Shown: positions 37,584 through 49,434 of the stretch, in pieces
Numbering within the stretch: the stretch's first letter is position 1
Layout of the letters: every line of letters starts with the position of its first letter
Assembly (NCBI GenBank): GCA_951406725.2
Contig: OX597832.1
Location: 28,210,001 to 28,274,000, forward strand
Direction: 5' to 3'
Length of the DNA stretch: 64,000 nt
Origin: Octopus vulgaris
Lineage: Eukaryota
Notes under the pieces: model-generated
Seen by the model: only the letters and a program-made list of their open reading frames with translations
Database searches by the model: none
What the model was told of the DNA's origin: nothing
Position numbers and translations under genes: made by a program

Positions 37584-38294
37584 ATATAATATATAATGAA
37601 ATTATTGTATACAGTGCTCAGGTGCACCACAACTAGTCAGAAAGTGCGTATAAAGTATATGCAGTAATGTACAAATGTCTGGAAAGCGAACAATGTATGA
37701 GTCAGATACATGCTTGTGTGTGTATGGAGGGGAGAAAATCAGGTGTAGTGTTGGGGAATCTCAGAAAGCATGGAAGTTAAAGATAAGTTTAACACATTAA
37801 ATTAACATGTAACATCTTCTTTATTGCCACCACTGATTTTAGCATGTTTATATTACTTATGAGGTATTTTTGGGTCTCAAGGGGGTGGGACAAACCTAGC
37901 AACATGTGTTTTATAGTGAAAACAAATTTTCCATTCAAATGGTAATTACCGGACGATTTTCTGTTTGAGTCTAACCATTTTAAGTTATGGTGGAAACGCG
38001 ACTTATGTCGCAAAGAGGCATACGAGTATTGTATAAATTTTATGATTGAAAAATTTACTATGTTTTTGTACATACGAATATACCATCCTGTGGGAGCAAT
38101 TGCGCCATGGGTGAGGTTTTCTTCAACCCTGATAAAGAGGAAGGAGTTAGGAAATGAATAGGAGGAGGAGGAAAGAGAAAGAGGAGGAAGCAAATGCAGA
38201 TAGAGTGAGAGAGAGGGAGAGAAGGAAGAAGGGGAAAAGGAGAAGGGTGGGGGGATTAAGCAAAAACAATTAAAGACTATAATGAATCTGTCCA

Positions 38295-38915
38295 GTGATG
38301 CCAGTGCTGCCTGAGTGGCACCTGTGCCAGTGTTGTGTAAAAAGTACCATCCGAGTGTGGTCAATACCAGTGCCACCTTTCTGGCTACCATGCCAGTGGA
38401 ATGTAAACAGCACCATTCGAGTGTGGTTGATGCCACGTCACTGGCTTCTGTGCCAGTGGCACGCAAAAAGCTCCACCTGAGTATGCTTGATGCCAGTGCT
38501 GCCTGACTGGCCCCTAGGCTAGTGGCATGTAAAAAGCACCATCCGAGCATGGTCAATGTCAGTGCCATATGAATGGCTCTCATGCCGGTGGAATGTAAAC
38601 AGCACCATTCGAGTGTGGTTGATGCCCGTGCCACCTGACTGGCCCTTGAGTCAGTGGAATGTAAAAAGCACCATCTGAGTGTGGCCTATGCCAGTGCCAC
38701 CTGACTGGCCCTCATGCCAGTGGCATGTAAAAAGTACCCACTACACCCTCAGAGTGGTTGGCATTAGGAAGGGCATCCAGCTGTAGAAACATTGCCAGAT
38801 TAGATTGGAGCCTGGTGCAGCCATCTGGTTCGCCAGTCCCCAGTCAAACTGTCCAACCCATAGCAGCATGGTAAGTGGACGTTAAACGATGATGATGATG
38901 ATGATGATGATGATG
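38295..38915 (+). mobile_element. Family D retroposon with (GAT)n tail and an internal ~58-bp tandem array
   Basis: About 7-8 units of gatgccagtg...ggcatgtaaaaagcaccatccgagtgtggt, then ggaagggcatccagctgtagaaac...gttaaacgatgatgat. Ends ~15 nt from the exon-2 donor. Other copies at ~1070(+), 7860(+), 8325(-), 14333(-), 21838(-) and 33140(+). Confidence 0.75.
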
Positions 38916-38930
38916 GTATCAACTACTTAC

Positions 38931-39107
38931 CGATATTCCTTCAGCCTTGGCCAAAGTTTGAAAATGGCTCAGTATTGCTTGTCCATCTTCATCTCTGCTG
39001 TATATAAACATCACTTGTGTCCATTTGAAACTCTGAAGAATTTTAATCCAAATTTCTGCTTGGTGGAAATAAGGTGGTACTGTTCTGATGAAAGAGTTAT
39101 GAACATT
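38931..39107 (-). CDS. GRIN1: GluN1 coding exon 2
   Basis: ttttccag|NVHNSFIRTVPPYFHQAEIWIKILQSFKWTQVMFIYSRDEDGQAILSHFQTLAKAEGIS|gtaagt. 177 nt, contains the SFxRTVPPY motif. Confidence 0.95.
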
Positions 39108-39624
39108 CTGGAAAATAATTTTAAAATCAATAATAAATCGTTAAAAATGTATTTAATGTAAATCATACCAATTATTATGTAACTGACTATTTTAGACATA
39201 TTGGACATGAGTAGAAAAGAATAAGAATCTTTTATTGCTAATCTGGTAAATATATTTTGCTGATGAGGTTTGAATAAAGCAGAAACATGTTGGAAGTTGT
39301 CACCCTTGCTATCCAAGATCAGATTAAAATTATATGGAGTTATTGTTAATGTTGTAAACTTAATACAGGTCAGTAGTGGTATGGGTTAATAGAGTATGGC
39401 TATAGTGTTGTGATTTTTGAGTAGATGTGGGGAAATATTGGTTTCAAATTTAGGCAAGAGGCTAACAATTTTGAGGGAGAGAGTAAGTTGAATACATCAA
39501 CCCCAGTGCTCAACTGGTGTTTATTTTATTGACCCCCCAAAAGGATGAAAAGGAAAGTCAACCGTAGCGGAATATGAACTCAGGGATGAAATGTTGCTGA
39601 GCATTTTGCCAAGAGTGCTCAATG

Positions 39625-39863
39625 TCCTTATTTCTTTATTGCCCTCAGGGGGCTATACATAGAGAGGACAAACAAGGACAGACAAAGGTATTAAGTCGCT
39701 TACATCGACCACCAGTGCGTAACTGGTACTTAATTTGTTGACCCTGAAAGGATGAAAGGCAAAGTCGACCTCAGTGGAATTTGAACTCAGAACGTAAGGA
39801 TGTACGAAATACTGCGTAGCATTTCGCCTGGTGTGCTAACGTTTCTGCCAGCTAGCCGCCTTA
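39625..39863 (-). mobile_element. SINE family B with TSD, inserted in an older B copy
   Basis: agagtgctcaatg on both flanks. Confidence 0.75.
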
Positions 39864-40016
39864 TAGAGTGCTCAATGTTTTGCCAGCTCACTGCCTCTGA
39901 TGTGAGGAAATATTAACATATTTATAGGGTCGCTGTGTTGGCGGTGTGGAGGGTTGGGAGCTGGAAGGACTAACTGCAGGGCAGATAATAGAGGGGTGGA
40001 TGTGGGTAAAAAGGAG

Positions 40017-40088
<72 letters not shown>

Positions 40089-40307
40089 AAGAGAAAAAGG
40101 GAAAGCGAGAAAGTGGAGGAGTAAGATACAGAAGAAAGACTGGATATAGAAAGAGAAAGGGGTGAAAATGAAGAGGAGAAGTGAGAGGAAAGAAGAAAGA
40201 GAAAAGAGGAGAAGGAAAGAATAGAAGGGAAAATTTGGGAGAGAAAGGCAAAAAGAGACATCAAAAGTGTTACGGAACAAAAATAATATTGGCGTTACCG
40301 TACTTAC

Positions 40308-40715
40308 GTTGTCGGAATAAACACTTTCTCTGGAAGATATGCCAATGACTGGAATATTGTAGAAACCACAAGTATAGGACACAGATATGGGTGACTGGTC
40401 ACTGTCATAAGGATGGCTGGCTATCACAACATAGACACGATTTGGGATTAGATCCTCACAGATGGACAATGCCGAACGTATCGGGTTGGCATTCATCAAG
40501 ATCGAAGTGGAATTGAAGATGATGTTTGATTTTGAAGATTTCTGGTTGACATGCTCAATTGCTTCATCGAAAATTTGTTGGTGTTCTCTTGAGCTGAGGA
40601 CTCCTCCGATCGTGTACACGTCCATGGGTTGAGCCGACTCCGAGCTGAGGGCTGTCATGGTGAAAAAGGTGAAGTAAAATAACCAAAAAATACCAGCTGT
40701 ACGGTGAGTTGCCAT
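40308..40715 (-). CDS. GRIN1: NMDA receptor GluN1, coding exon 1 (signal peptide + ATD start)
   Basis: caaaATGG start. MATHRTAGIFWLFYFTFFTMTALSS hydrophobic leader, then TIGGVLSS, NPIRSALSICEDLI and PISVSYTCGFYNIPVIGISSRESVYSDN, typical of the GluN1 ATD. Donor AAC|gtaagt. 408 nt, phase 0. Confidence 0.95.
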
Positions 40716-40772
40716 TTTGTTGAGTTCTTTGGTGTTATTGTGACGTTAAAGTGCAAATTCTTGAGTGGCTAT
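40716..40772 (-). other. GRIN1: 5'UTR part of the first coding exon, preceded by a splice acceptor
   Basis: Minus strand atttctgtcattgcag|ATAGCC... 57 nt before the ATG, with no upstream ATG in between. Confidence 0.6.
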
Positions 40773-41527
40773 CTGCAATGACAGAAATATATTTTAGAAA
40801 TGGTCGCCTTTCTCTCTGCAGGAGCGGGGCAGAAAAACCTCCCATATTTCACATGGCTATTACTAAGGCACCAATAAAGTTCTACAAATGGCAATGATAT
40901 CTTCAGGGAACTCATATCTTACCATTTATTATTCAGTTCTCGTTATGGTCTAAGCTGATGCTTATCAAATGTTTGTTGTTAAATGTTTACTAAGAATGAT
41001 AAAGTTGAGATTATTTCTAAGAATGATCTTTTTTAAACAAGTTCTAATTAGGTCGAGGGGAAGATGAGAGTAAGGGGCGTTCATCATTTTCTTAATAATA
41101 ATTATAGCATTAGAAAAGCAAAATAATTACAAAATGAAAAAAAAAAGAAACAACAAAATGACCTAATTGGTCCAAGATTACAGATATTCTGTACAATAAG
41201 ATGACATCGTTAGAATGTAATTGACGACATCTGTTTAATTATAACTCAACAACGACAATAATAATTCCATCAATATATTCAACAGGTATTAAGTTAGCTC
41301 TCTCTCTCTCAGTCACAGTTGGGATAGACTAAAGAGTGACAGATAAAACATCATCATCATCATCATCATTGTTGCTGACAATAACAGCAACAACAACAAC
41401 AACCATGACAACAAAAGCAGTCACACATCACAATTCCTCCCTTGGTTCTAAAACCTTGACATGATGCGGAATCTAATGGTAACCATGACAACAATAGAAT
41501 TAGAAAAAAAATATAGAACTAGAACTA

Positions 41528-41940
41528 GGCATAGGAGTGGGTGTGTGGTAAGTAGCTTTCTTACCAACCACATGGTTCCGGGTTCATTCCCACTGCATGG
41601 CACCTTGGGCAAGTGTCTTCTACTGTAGCTTCAGGCCAACCAAATCCTTGTGAGTGGATTTGGTAGACGGAAACTGAAAGAAGCCCGTCGTATATATGTA
41701 TATATATATATATGTATGTATGTGTGTGTATTGTTTGTGTGTCTGTGTTTGTCCTCCCAACATCGCTTGACAACCAATACTGGTGTGCTTACATTCCTGT
41801 AACTTAGTGGTTTGGCAAAACAGATCGATAGAATAAGCACTAGGCTTACAAAGAATAAGTCCTGGGGTCAATTTACTCGACTAAAGGCGGTGCTCCAGCA
41901 TGGCCGCAATCAAATGTCTGAAACAAGTAAAAGAGTAAAG
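41528..41940 (+). mobile_element. tRNA-derived SINE, family A
   Basis: Same head, body and tail as 29558-29972. Confidence 0.85.
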
Positions 41941-42933
41941 AACTATACGGGTACAACAAATTGTTCCTGGACACTGACGGTTCGGAACCTCTTATAATCT
42001 GCACTAATTAACCTTGATGGACCTCTATTTCATTTAATTGATTAAGGAAATTTAATATTTGTTTAATTTAGAGTGTGTTGACCAAGGTGACCACCCCTGC
42101 TTTGGAAGAATCAGTGATCTGGAAAGGCTTTGGAAATAGAGATTCCAGGAAACTGATGTTGTACCTGTGGTTATAAGCTAACAGTTGCTTGTCCTGCTGG
42201 AAACAACAGCCAAATCTCCCTTGGATTGCACCTTATTGTCTTAAATATTGAACAAATAAATTAGATAAGTAGTGTTTAGCAAGACAGGATGGTCAGGACT
42301 AGACTGGCTTTGATTATTGGCCTGTTCCATCAGGACTGACCAAGGGCTATACATACCACCACCACCACCACCACCTCCACCACAACAACAACAACACATA
42401 CGATGGTTTTAATTTCAAATCAATGAATTGATATCAGTTCTTTGTTCTGATCTCGTTACATTTTAGTAATTAGTTGGCAAAAGTTTGTTTAATTAATGAA
42501 TTAATTGTCGTTATTGTTTGAGGTAGATAGACTTCAGTTTGATGGGAATTAATGGCAGAGAGACTATAATTACAGTAATGCAACTCATACTGATAAACAC
42601 ACACACACACACATACATGCATACACACACATACACATGTCCAGTATAGAACACTTATATGGTTTAATATGCACTCACTACTCATATACATACATACATA
42701 CCTATCTACATTATATATACATATCTTATGTTTATATATATATATACACATACACATTCTTAAAAATATACTTATTCGCACACACACACACATTGTATGT
42801 GTGTTGAGTACAAAGCACATACAGTCTAATAACACTTACTCTTCATATACATACATACATACACACATATAACCTTATACACACACACACATAATTATTC
42901 TTAAACATACACCATTGACTCACACACATTAGG

Positions 42934-42996
<63 letters not shown>

Positions 42997-43222
42997 ATGA
43001 TGTACTTATTTTGTTTCTGTATATATTTATGTATGCATAAAACTTGTGTATGTGTGTGTGTGACAATTGATTTCATGTGTGTGTGTGAATGTGTGTTTTT
43101 TTCATACATATATCCATGCAGACCACACACACACACATCTTGTATGTCTAAAGGGTTTGTCAGTTTTTTTCCATCATGCTGTTCAAACAGAGAGACACAG
43201 GTGTTAATAGGTGTGTGTGTGT

Positions 43223-43265
<43 letters not shown>

Positions 43266-43380
43266 TATGTATGTATGTATGTACGTATGTATGTATGTAT
43301 GTTTGTATGTGTGTATGTGTGTATGTATGTATGTATGTATGTATGTATGTATGTACGTACGTATGTATGTACGTACGTAC

Positions 43381-43411
<31 letters not shown>

Positions 43412-43503
43412 TGTATGTATGTACGTACGTGTGTGTGTATGTATGTATGTATGTATGTATGTACGTACGTATGTATGTATGTATGTGTGTATGTATGTAT
43501 GTA

Positions 43504-43534
<31 letters not shown>

Positions 43535-44879
43535 ATGTATGTATGTATGTAGATATCTTCTAAAAAAAATAAGTTCAGGATGCATGATAAAAGCTTAGTT
43601 TTAAAATGAAAGAAAATCTATTAATGAAATTTATTTTATTTCTATTAATTTCACTGTTGTTGTTATTGCTGTAGTTGTTGTTGTTGTTGTTTGTTCTGTA
43701 GTAAAATTAGAGGAACCTTGCTTTGAGATGCTGTTTGATCTGTTTCAAGTTGAATATTTCACAACAATTTCAACAATTCTAATCTATAACTGTGATTGAT
43801 TTTATTGATTATTGACTTCGAAAATGGGACAGACGACAAAGACGACGTCGGTAAGGTTGGAACCAAGAACACCAGATTGGTAACAGTAAAGCCTGGCACC
43901 AACGGTTCTATGGACACAACCTTGTTTATTGTTGTTGTTGCTGTTGTTGTTTAGTTCCAGGCTCATCTTGATCTGGCAGACCAATGACCAGAAGTAGCCC
44001 AGCTGTGGCCAATTTTCTTACGTCTATCAAGGACTACATTTTCCAATGTGTCCTTCCTTTATATTTGCTTAAGACGGTAGGGTGTGATTTTAAACAGATC
44101 AAATGGCCATGTCTGTCCTTGTTTGTCCTCTCTGTGTTTAGCCCCTTATGGGTAGTAAAGAAATAGGTATATTGCCAAGAGCGAGAGGGTAGCTACGGTA
44201 TATATAGAAGGCTGTTTTATATACAAAAGATGTTGTATAACTATTATTGAGGGGTTATGGTACGTATAAAAAGAAAGGTTGTTTTACACATAACTGACAC
44301 AGAATTGTAATGAAATATTCAAGAAATTATCGGAAAACAACAACATTTATTTGATTTTCACGGCTGTTTCTCAATTTTTTTGGTGGATTTTAATCAATTT
44401 TATGACGTTTAAAGAAATATTTCTGTCTAAAAGGAGGGAAAAGGAAAGAGAAAAAGAAGGAAAAAAAAAACTACCATCTGCTGTGAATAAAATATTGAGT
44501 AATAGAAATATATTGGATAATTTCATTTATTGTATTGTTCTGTCTCATTGGTGGTGGTCGTGGTGGGATTAAATTTGAAGGAAGTTTGTCTTTACTATTA
44601 TGATGGGAATGTCTAGTGTGGTGGTTGTGGTGTACGTGGTGGTGTTGTTGTGTAATTGTACTATGTGTGGTTTCAGAGGTGTTTGGTTGTTATTTCTAGC
44701 AGGTCAAGTGGCAATGTATAAAAGATCCTGGTAGAATACTGAGAGGGTGTTCAATAGCGTTTAATCCTAATGGAGCAGCTCCTACGATTGCAGACACTCC
44801 AGTTGTGACCATCCTGTCTGTTTGTATATTCAGGACTACACCGTTCAGCTTGGTTTTTTTGCTTTCCTGAAGATAATGG

Positions 44880-45280
44880 AGGATGAGAGATTTGGAGAGG
44901 GAGGGGAGGGGGAGAGAAAGGAAGGAGGGGAGAGAGGAGAGGAAGGGTAGGGGTGGGGGGAAAGAGAGGGAGGGATAAGGGGAGAGAAGAGAGAGAGAGG
45001 GAGAGAGAGAGGGGGAGAGGGGGAAGAAGAGAGAAAGAGGGAGAAGGGAAGGAGGGAAAGAGAGATTGAGGGAGAGATGGAGTGAGGACAGAGGGAGGGA
45101 GAGGAGAGAGTTGGAGGGAAAGAGAGGGAGTGTGGGGAGATGGGGAAAGAGGGAGGGAAAAGGGAATATATATATATATATAATGTATGTATGCATGCAT
45201 GTATATATGTAAGTATTAGTATGTGTGTGTGAGAGAGAGAGAAAGAGAGAGGAGAGAGAGAAAGAGAGAGAGAGAAAGAG

Positions 45281-45362
<82 letters not shown>
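44880..45362. repeat. Polypurine (GA/GGA)-rich tract
   Basis: Direct reading. Confidence 0.9.
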
Positions 45363-45363
<1 letters not shown>

Positions 45364-45708
45364 AGATTCCCAGACGTGGAAGTTGGACGGAAGTTGTGAA
45401 TAAATTGGATGTGAATATCAAAAAGACAGACGAAGATTCTTCAGCAACAGGAAGTTGGGAAAGAACTGACTTCCTGTTCACAGCTTCAATGGCTGATGTA
45501 GACAAGATGAGATTAGAATGGTAAAATGTCAGCTAATCTGCTCATCCCAGTTGCACACTTTACAGAGATGTCATTATTGGATTGGCGCTTCCAATAAAGA
45601 AAGGTGGGGAACTGGCATTTACTTTGTTCTATGTCTACTGGCTGAAGGTACCGTCCAAAGAATCAGGGTGCCTTTGGTGTTACAAGACCCATAGTATATG
45701 TCTGTCTG

Positions 45709-45753
<45 letters not shown>

Positions 45754-48026
45754 TCTATCTATCTACCTATCTATCTACCTATCTACCTATCTATCTATCT
45801 ATCTAACTATCTATCTATCCTTCTATCTATCTATCATCTATCCTTCTATCTATCTGTTCATAAGCCAACAAACTAGTTACTCTACTCTCAATGCTTTGGT
45901 TGGTCTGAGGCTATAGTAGAGGTCACTCACCCAAAGTACCACACAGTAGGATTGAACCCAGAACTATGTGGTTGGGAAGCAATCTTCTTACCACACAGCC
46001 AAACCTGCCTGGATACTATCTCATGTAAAATTTCAAACCGAGAAACCACATACAAAACCTCAACAAAGCCAACGAAGATTCAACAAGGTCGAAACAGATG
46101 TCGTTCTGAAATTGAGGACACATCTCTCTCCGGGGATTACAAACCTAAAACTATTTACAGACTTCCTGAGAGCTAATTAAAGGCAGAAAAGCAGATAAGC
46201 CATTAATATAAACCATTAAATACATTTGTAAACCTAGAATCAGGAATATAGATGGAATCTTGTGTCTCTTTTACCTTTCTGGGTAAACATTCTCTATCAG
46301 TCGTCAGTGTTCCACTCCCAAACTCTCTCCCCTCTCTGATATGGATACTTTGAGATTTAAGGAATATTTCCACAAACATATTGGAATGTTTTATTGCAAT
46401 CTCTCTCTCCTTCTATCTATCTATCTATCTGTCTCTCTCTCTCCCTCTGTCTATCTGTCTATCTCCCCCCTCTCTCAACCTATCCCCCCCTATATATCTG
46501 TCTCTCCCCCTCACTCTCTATCTACCTCCACCCTCTCTCTCTCTATCTATCTATTTATCTATCCATCTTTCTATCCATCTCTCTCTCTCTCTCTCTGTCC
46601 CTCTGTGTAATTAGATATTTTGTCTATTTAATCCAAGAATTTGTTTATAAGGAACCTTGCACTTTTGCTTTATTTATACCTTCACAAATATATACACATA
46701 TACATACACTGATATACATACACACAGACACACAAAGATATGTTCGTGCGATGTAGAGTGTGTATGTATGTATATACGGAGTGTGCATGCATGTGCGTAT
46801 ATATATATATATATATGTGCGTGTGAGTGTGTAAATATGTGTATATAGGTGTGTGTGTATATATGTTTGTATATGTTAACGCGACACAGCCGTTGGTGTA
46901 CACCACATTGACATGAATTGTAATACATCGTATAACTACCAACAGCCATACACACACACACACTCACTGACGTATACACGCACACATCATCCTCTCCTTT
47001 CTCTAAAAGTTGATTCCATTAAAAGAACGATAACGCAAAAGAGTAAAGAACACACACACACACAACACCAACTGAACTACCATCCAACCAATCTAATGGC
47101 ATCGTTAGACCGTTTCTTCCCATGAACTGTAAACAAATGAGGAAATCTGACTGATCGTCTGTTGTCTGTGAGAAAGATAAAATGCTCTTCCTGCAATCTT
47201 TACAGGAATTTGGTTGCAAACAAAGGAATGGTTCTCTCTGGTCGGTATTAAAATTCTAACGTCACAAACTATATAATCAAATAAAGCATGATTCAAAGAA
47301 TTTGCCAAACATTGAAGCTAATTTGTCTTTCACGCTTTTACTCTTCTCTATCAAAATAGTTTGGTTCTTTCAGAAACTAGATTTACTGGTCACACGTTGG
47401 ATCAACGAAGGAGCGCTTGAGCTGTTCGAAATAGCAGTCAAATCTCTCTCAAAACAGTCTCAGATCTTTTCACTTGGACCGGCTACAGAATTTTCTCAAG
47501 AAAGCCAAGAGAAAAAGATGTTTTATGTAACACATTCTACAAGTATACGAAGTTTAAAAGTGTTTAGTTACAAAGAAATTATTTCAAAAATCTGCCGGTC
47601 AAAGTGAAAAGATCCACAGTCTCTGCTGTCTTAAAAGGGGAAGAAGGTCTTGGTTGCTCTTTGAACAAATGGTCACAAACGGAACGTCACTTTTGGGTCT
47701 GCTTTATAAAGTCTGTACAACCTTCCGATAGCCAGGAGGTGGGTAGTAACGAACTCAAGGGCTGCCCTGAGCGAAACATATTCTATCTCAGTGCTACCGA
47801 AGGTGGTGGTTCGCGGACCCGGTGCCAGTCTGCGAGACATCAGCTGCCGGGACGCGGCGAGTTTCCAGAAAAGAAAGAAACATTATCAAATGCTTATGTA
47901 ATATTGTATCATTTACTCTTTTACTCTTTTACTTGTTTCAGCCATCCGGCTGAGGCCATGCTGGGGCACCGCCCTTGTTTACAAAATATGTATAAGATTT
48001 TAAAAAATGTCAACTTTTATTATATA

Positions 48027-48440
48027 GGCGTAGGAGTGGCTGTGTGGTAAGTAGCTTGCTTACCAACCACATGGTTCTGGGTTCAGTCCCACTGCGTGGC
48101 ACCTTGGGCAAGTGTCTTCTACTATAGCCTCGGGCCGACCAAAGCCTTGTGAGTGGATTTTGTAGACGGAAACTGAAAGAAGCCCGTCGTATATATGTAT
48201 ATGTATATATATGTATGTGTGTGTATATGTTTGTGTGTCTGTGTTTCCCCCCCCCCTCCCAACATCGCTTGACAACCGATGCTGGTGTGTTTACATCCCC
48301 GTAACTTAGCGGTTCGGCAAAAGACACCGATAGAATAAATACAAGGCTTACAAAGAATAAGTCCTGGGGTCGATTTGCTCTCGACCAAAGGCGGTGCTCC
48401 AGCATGGCCACAGTCAAATGACTGAAACAAGTAAAAGAGT
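48027..48440 (+). mobile_element. tRNA-derived SINE, family A
   Basis: Same head, body and tail. Confidence 0.85.
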
Positions 48441-48661
48441 ATTCATTATATATATTGTTTCCAGTATAAATCAATATTACTAAGAAATATTACCGGTCCC
48501 TGGCACATTTGGGGGAGGGGAACAAAAACTGCTGTGACGTTTGAGAAGCACTGCTCTAGCTTACGTCACATCTCTCTGTCTTTCTATGATTTGAGGGAGA
48601 TTTGACTGCTGTTTCTAGCATCTTGGCCAACCATGTAATAGAGCGGATCTTGATAAATTTC

Positions 48662-48922
48662 GGTACTACTTAAGAACAGTGGTCCCGGTGCGCGCAGTCG
48701 CGCATCCGCGCTAGCTAGTCGTGACTAGTCGATCCTGCATCGACTACTTAGCAAAGTAAATAAAACACAAAATAAATAAATTTTTTTACACAAAGTAAAT
48801 AATTTTTGTTAAACAAATAAAACACAAAAACACAAAGTAAGGATCGATTAGTTACGACTAGCTAGCGCGGACGCACGAGTACGCGAGTGCGCGCACCGGG
48901 ACCACTGTTCTTTAGTAGTACC
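48662..48922. mobile_element. Mutator (MULE)-like MITE
   Basis: ~75-bp TIRs GGTACTAC(T/A)AAGAACAGTGGTCCCGGTGCGCGCA... and a perfect 9-bp TSD ATAAATTTC (48653-48661, 48923-48931). Confidence 0.88.
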
Positions 48923-49034
48923 ATAAATTTCACCCAACTACTTGGTGTATTTCAAATTTTCATAATTTTACTCAATTTTCTAGACTAGTGTACTTTTTGC
49001 AGGCTGATGGCGAAAATAACTTCTTTATTATTAA

Positions 49035-49434
49035 CTAGCAGTATCGCCCGGAGTTGCTCGGGTTTGTAAGGGAAATAACTATAAAGCATTTTTAGAGAGT
49101 TATAGCCAAAAAATAGCAAAAAAAATGCATTAAAAATAGAAAAAAAATGATGGTAAATTTTTTTTTAAATCGTTGACTCATCGTAGACATTTTTAGAGAG
49201 TTACTTCCCTTATATAATAGCGAAAAAAATGCATTAAAATGGGGAAAAAATGATGGTAAATTATTTTTAAAATCGTAGACTCATCGTAGACGCGCGCTAA
49301 TACCCAGAAGGGCTCGATATGAATCACGACTATAAGATACCCGGTTTTGGTTAAACTGCACCGCAAAATGTGGGAGTAGTTAGGAATCTAAATCGTAGGA
49401 GACAGACACACAACCTCTCTTTTATATATAAAGA
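49035..49434 (-). mobile_element. Non-autonomous Helitron, same family
   Basis: Minus strand A|TCTTTATATATAAAA ... cccgagcaactccggg, then cgatactgCTAG|T. Shares the 5' ~200 bp with 32273-32786. Confidence 0.85.

Noticed and set aside
39888-40307. C-terminal half of the 275-aa ORF
   Set aside because: Intron read-through into (CT)n after the GTAAGT donor at 40307.
47604-48050. 148-aa plus-strand ORF
   Set aside because: No recognisable motif, non-ATG start, and it runs into SINE fragments.
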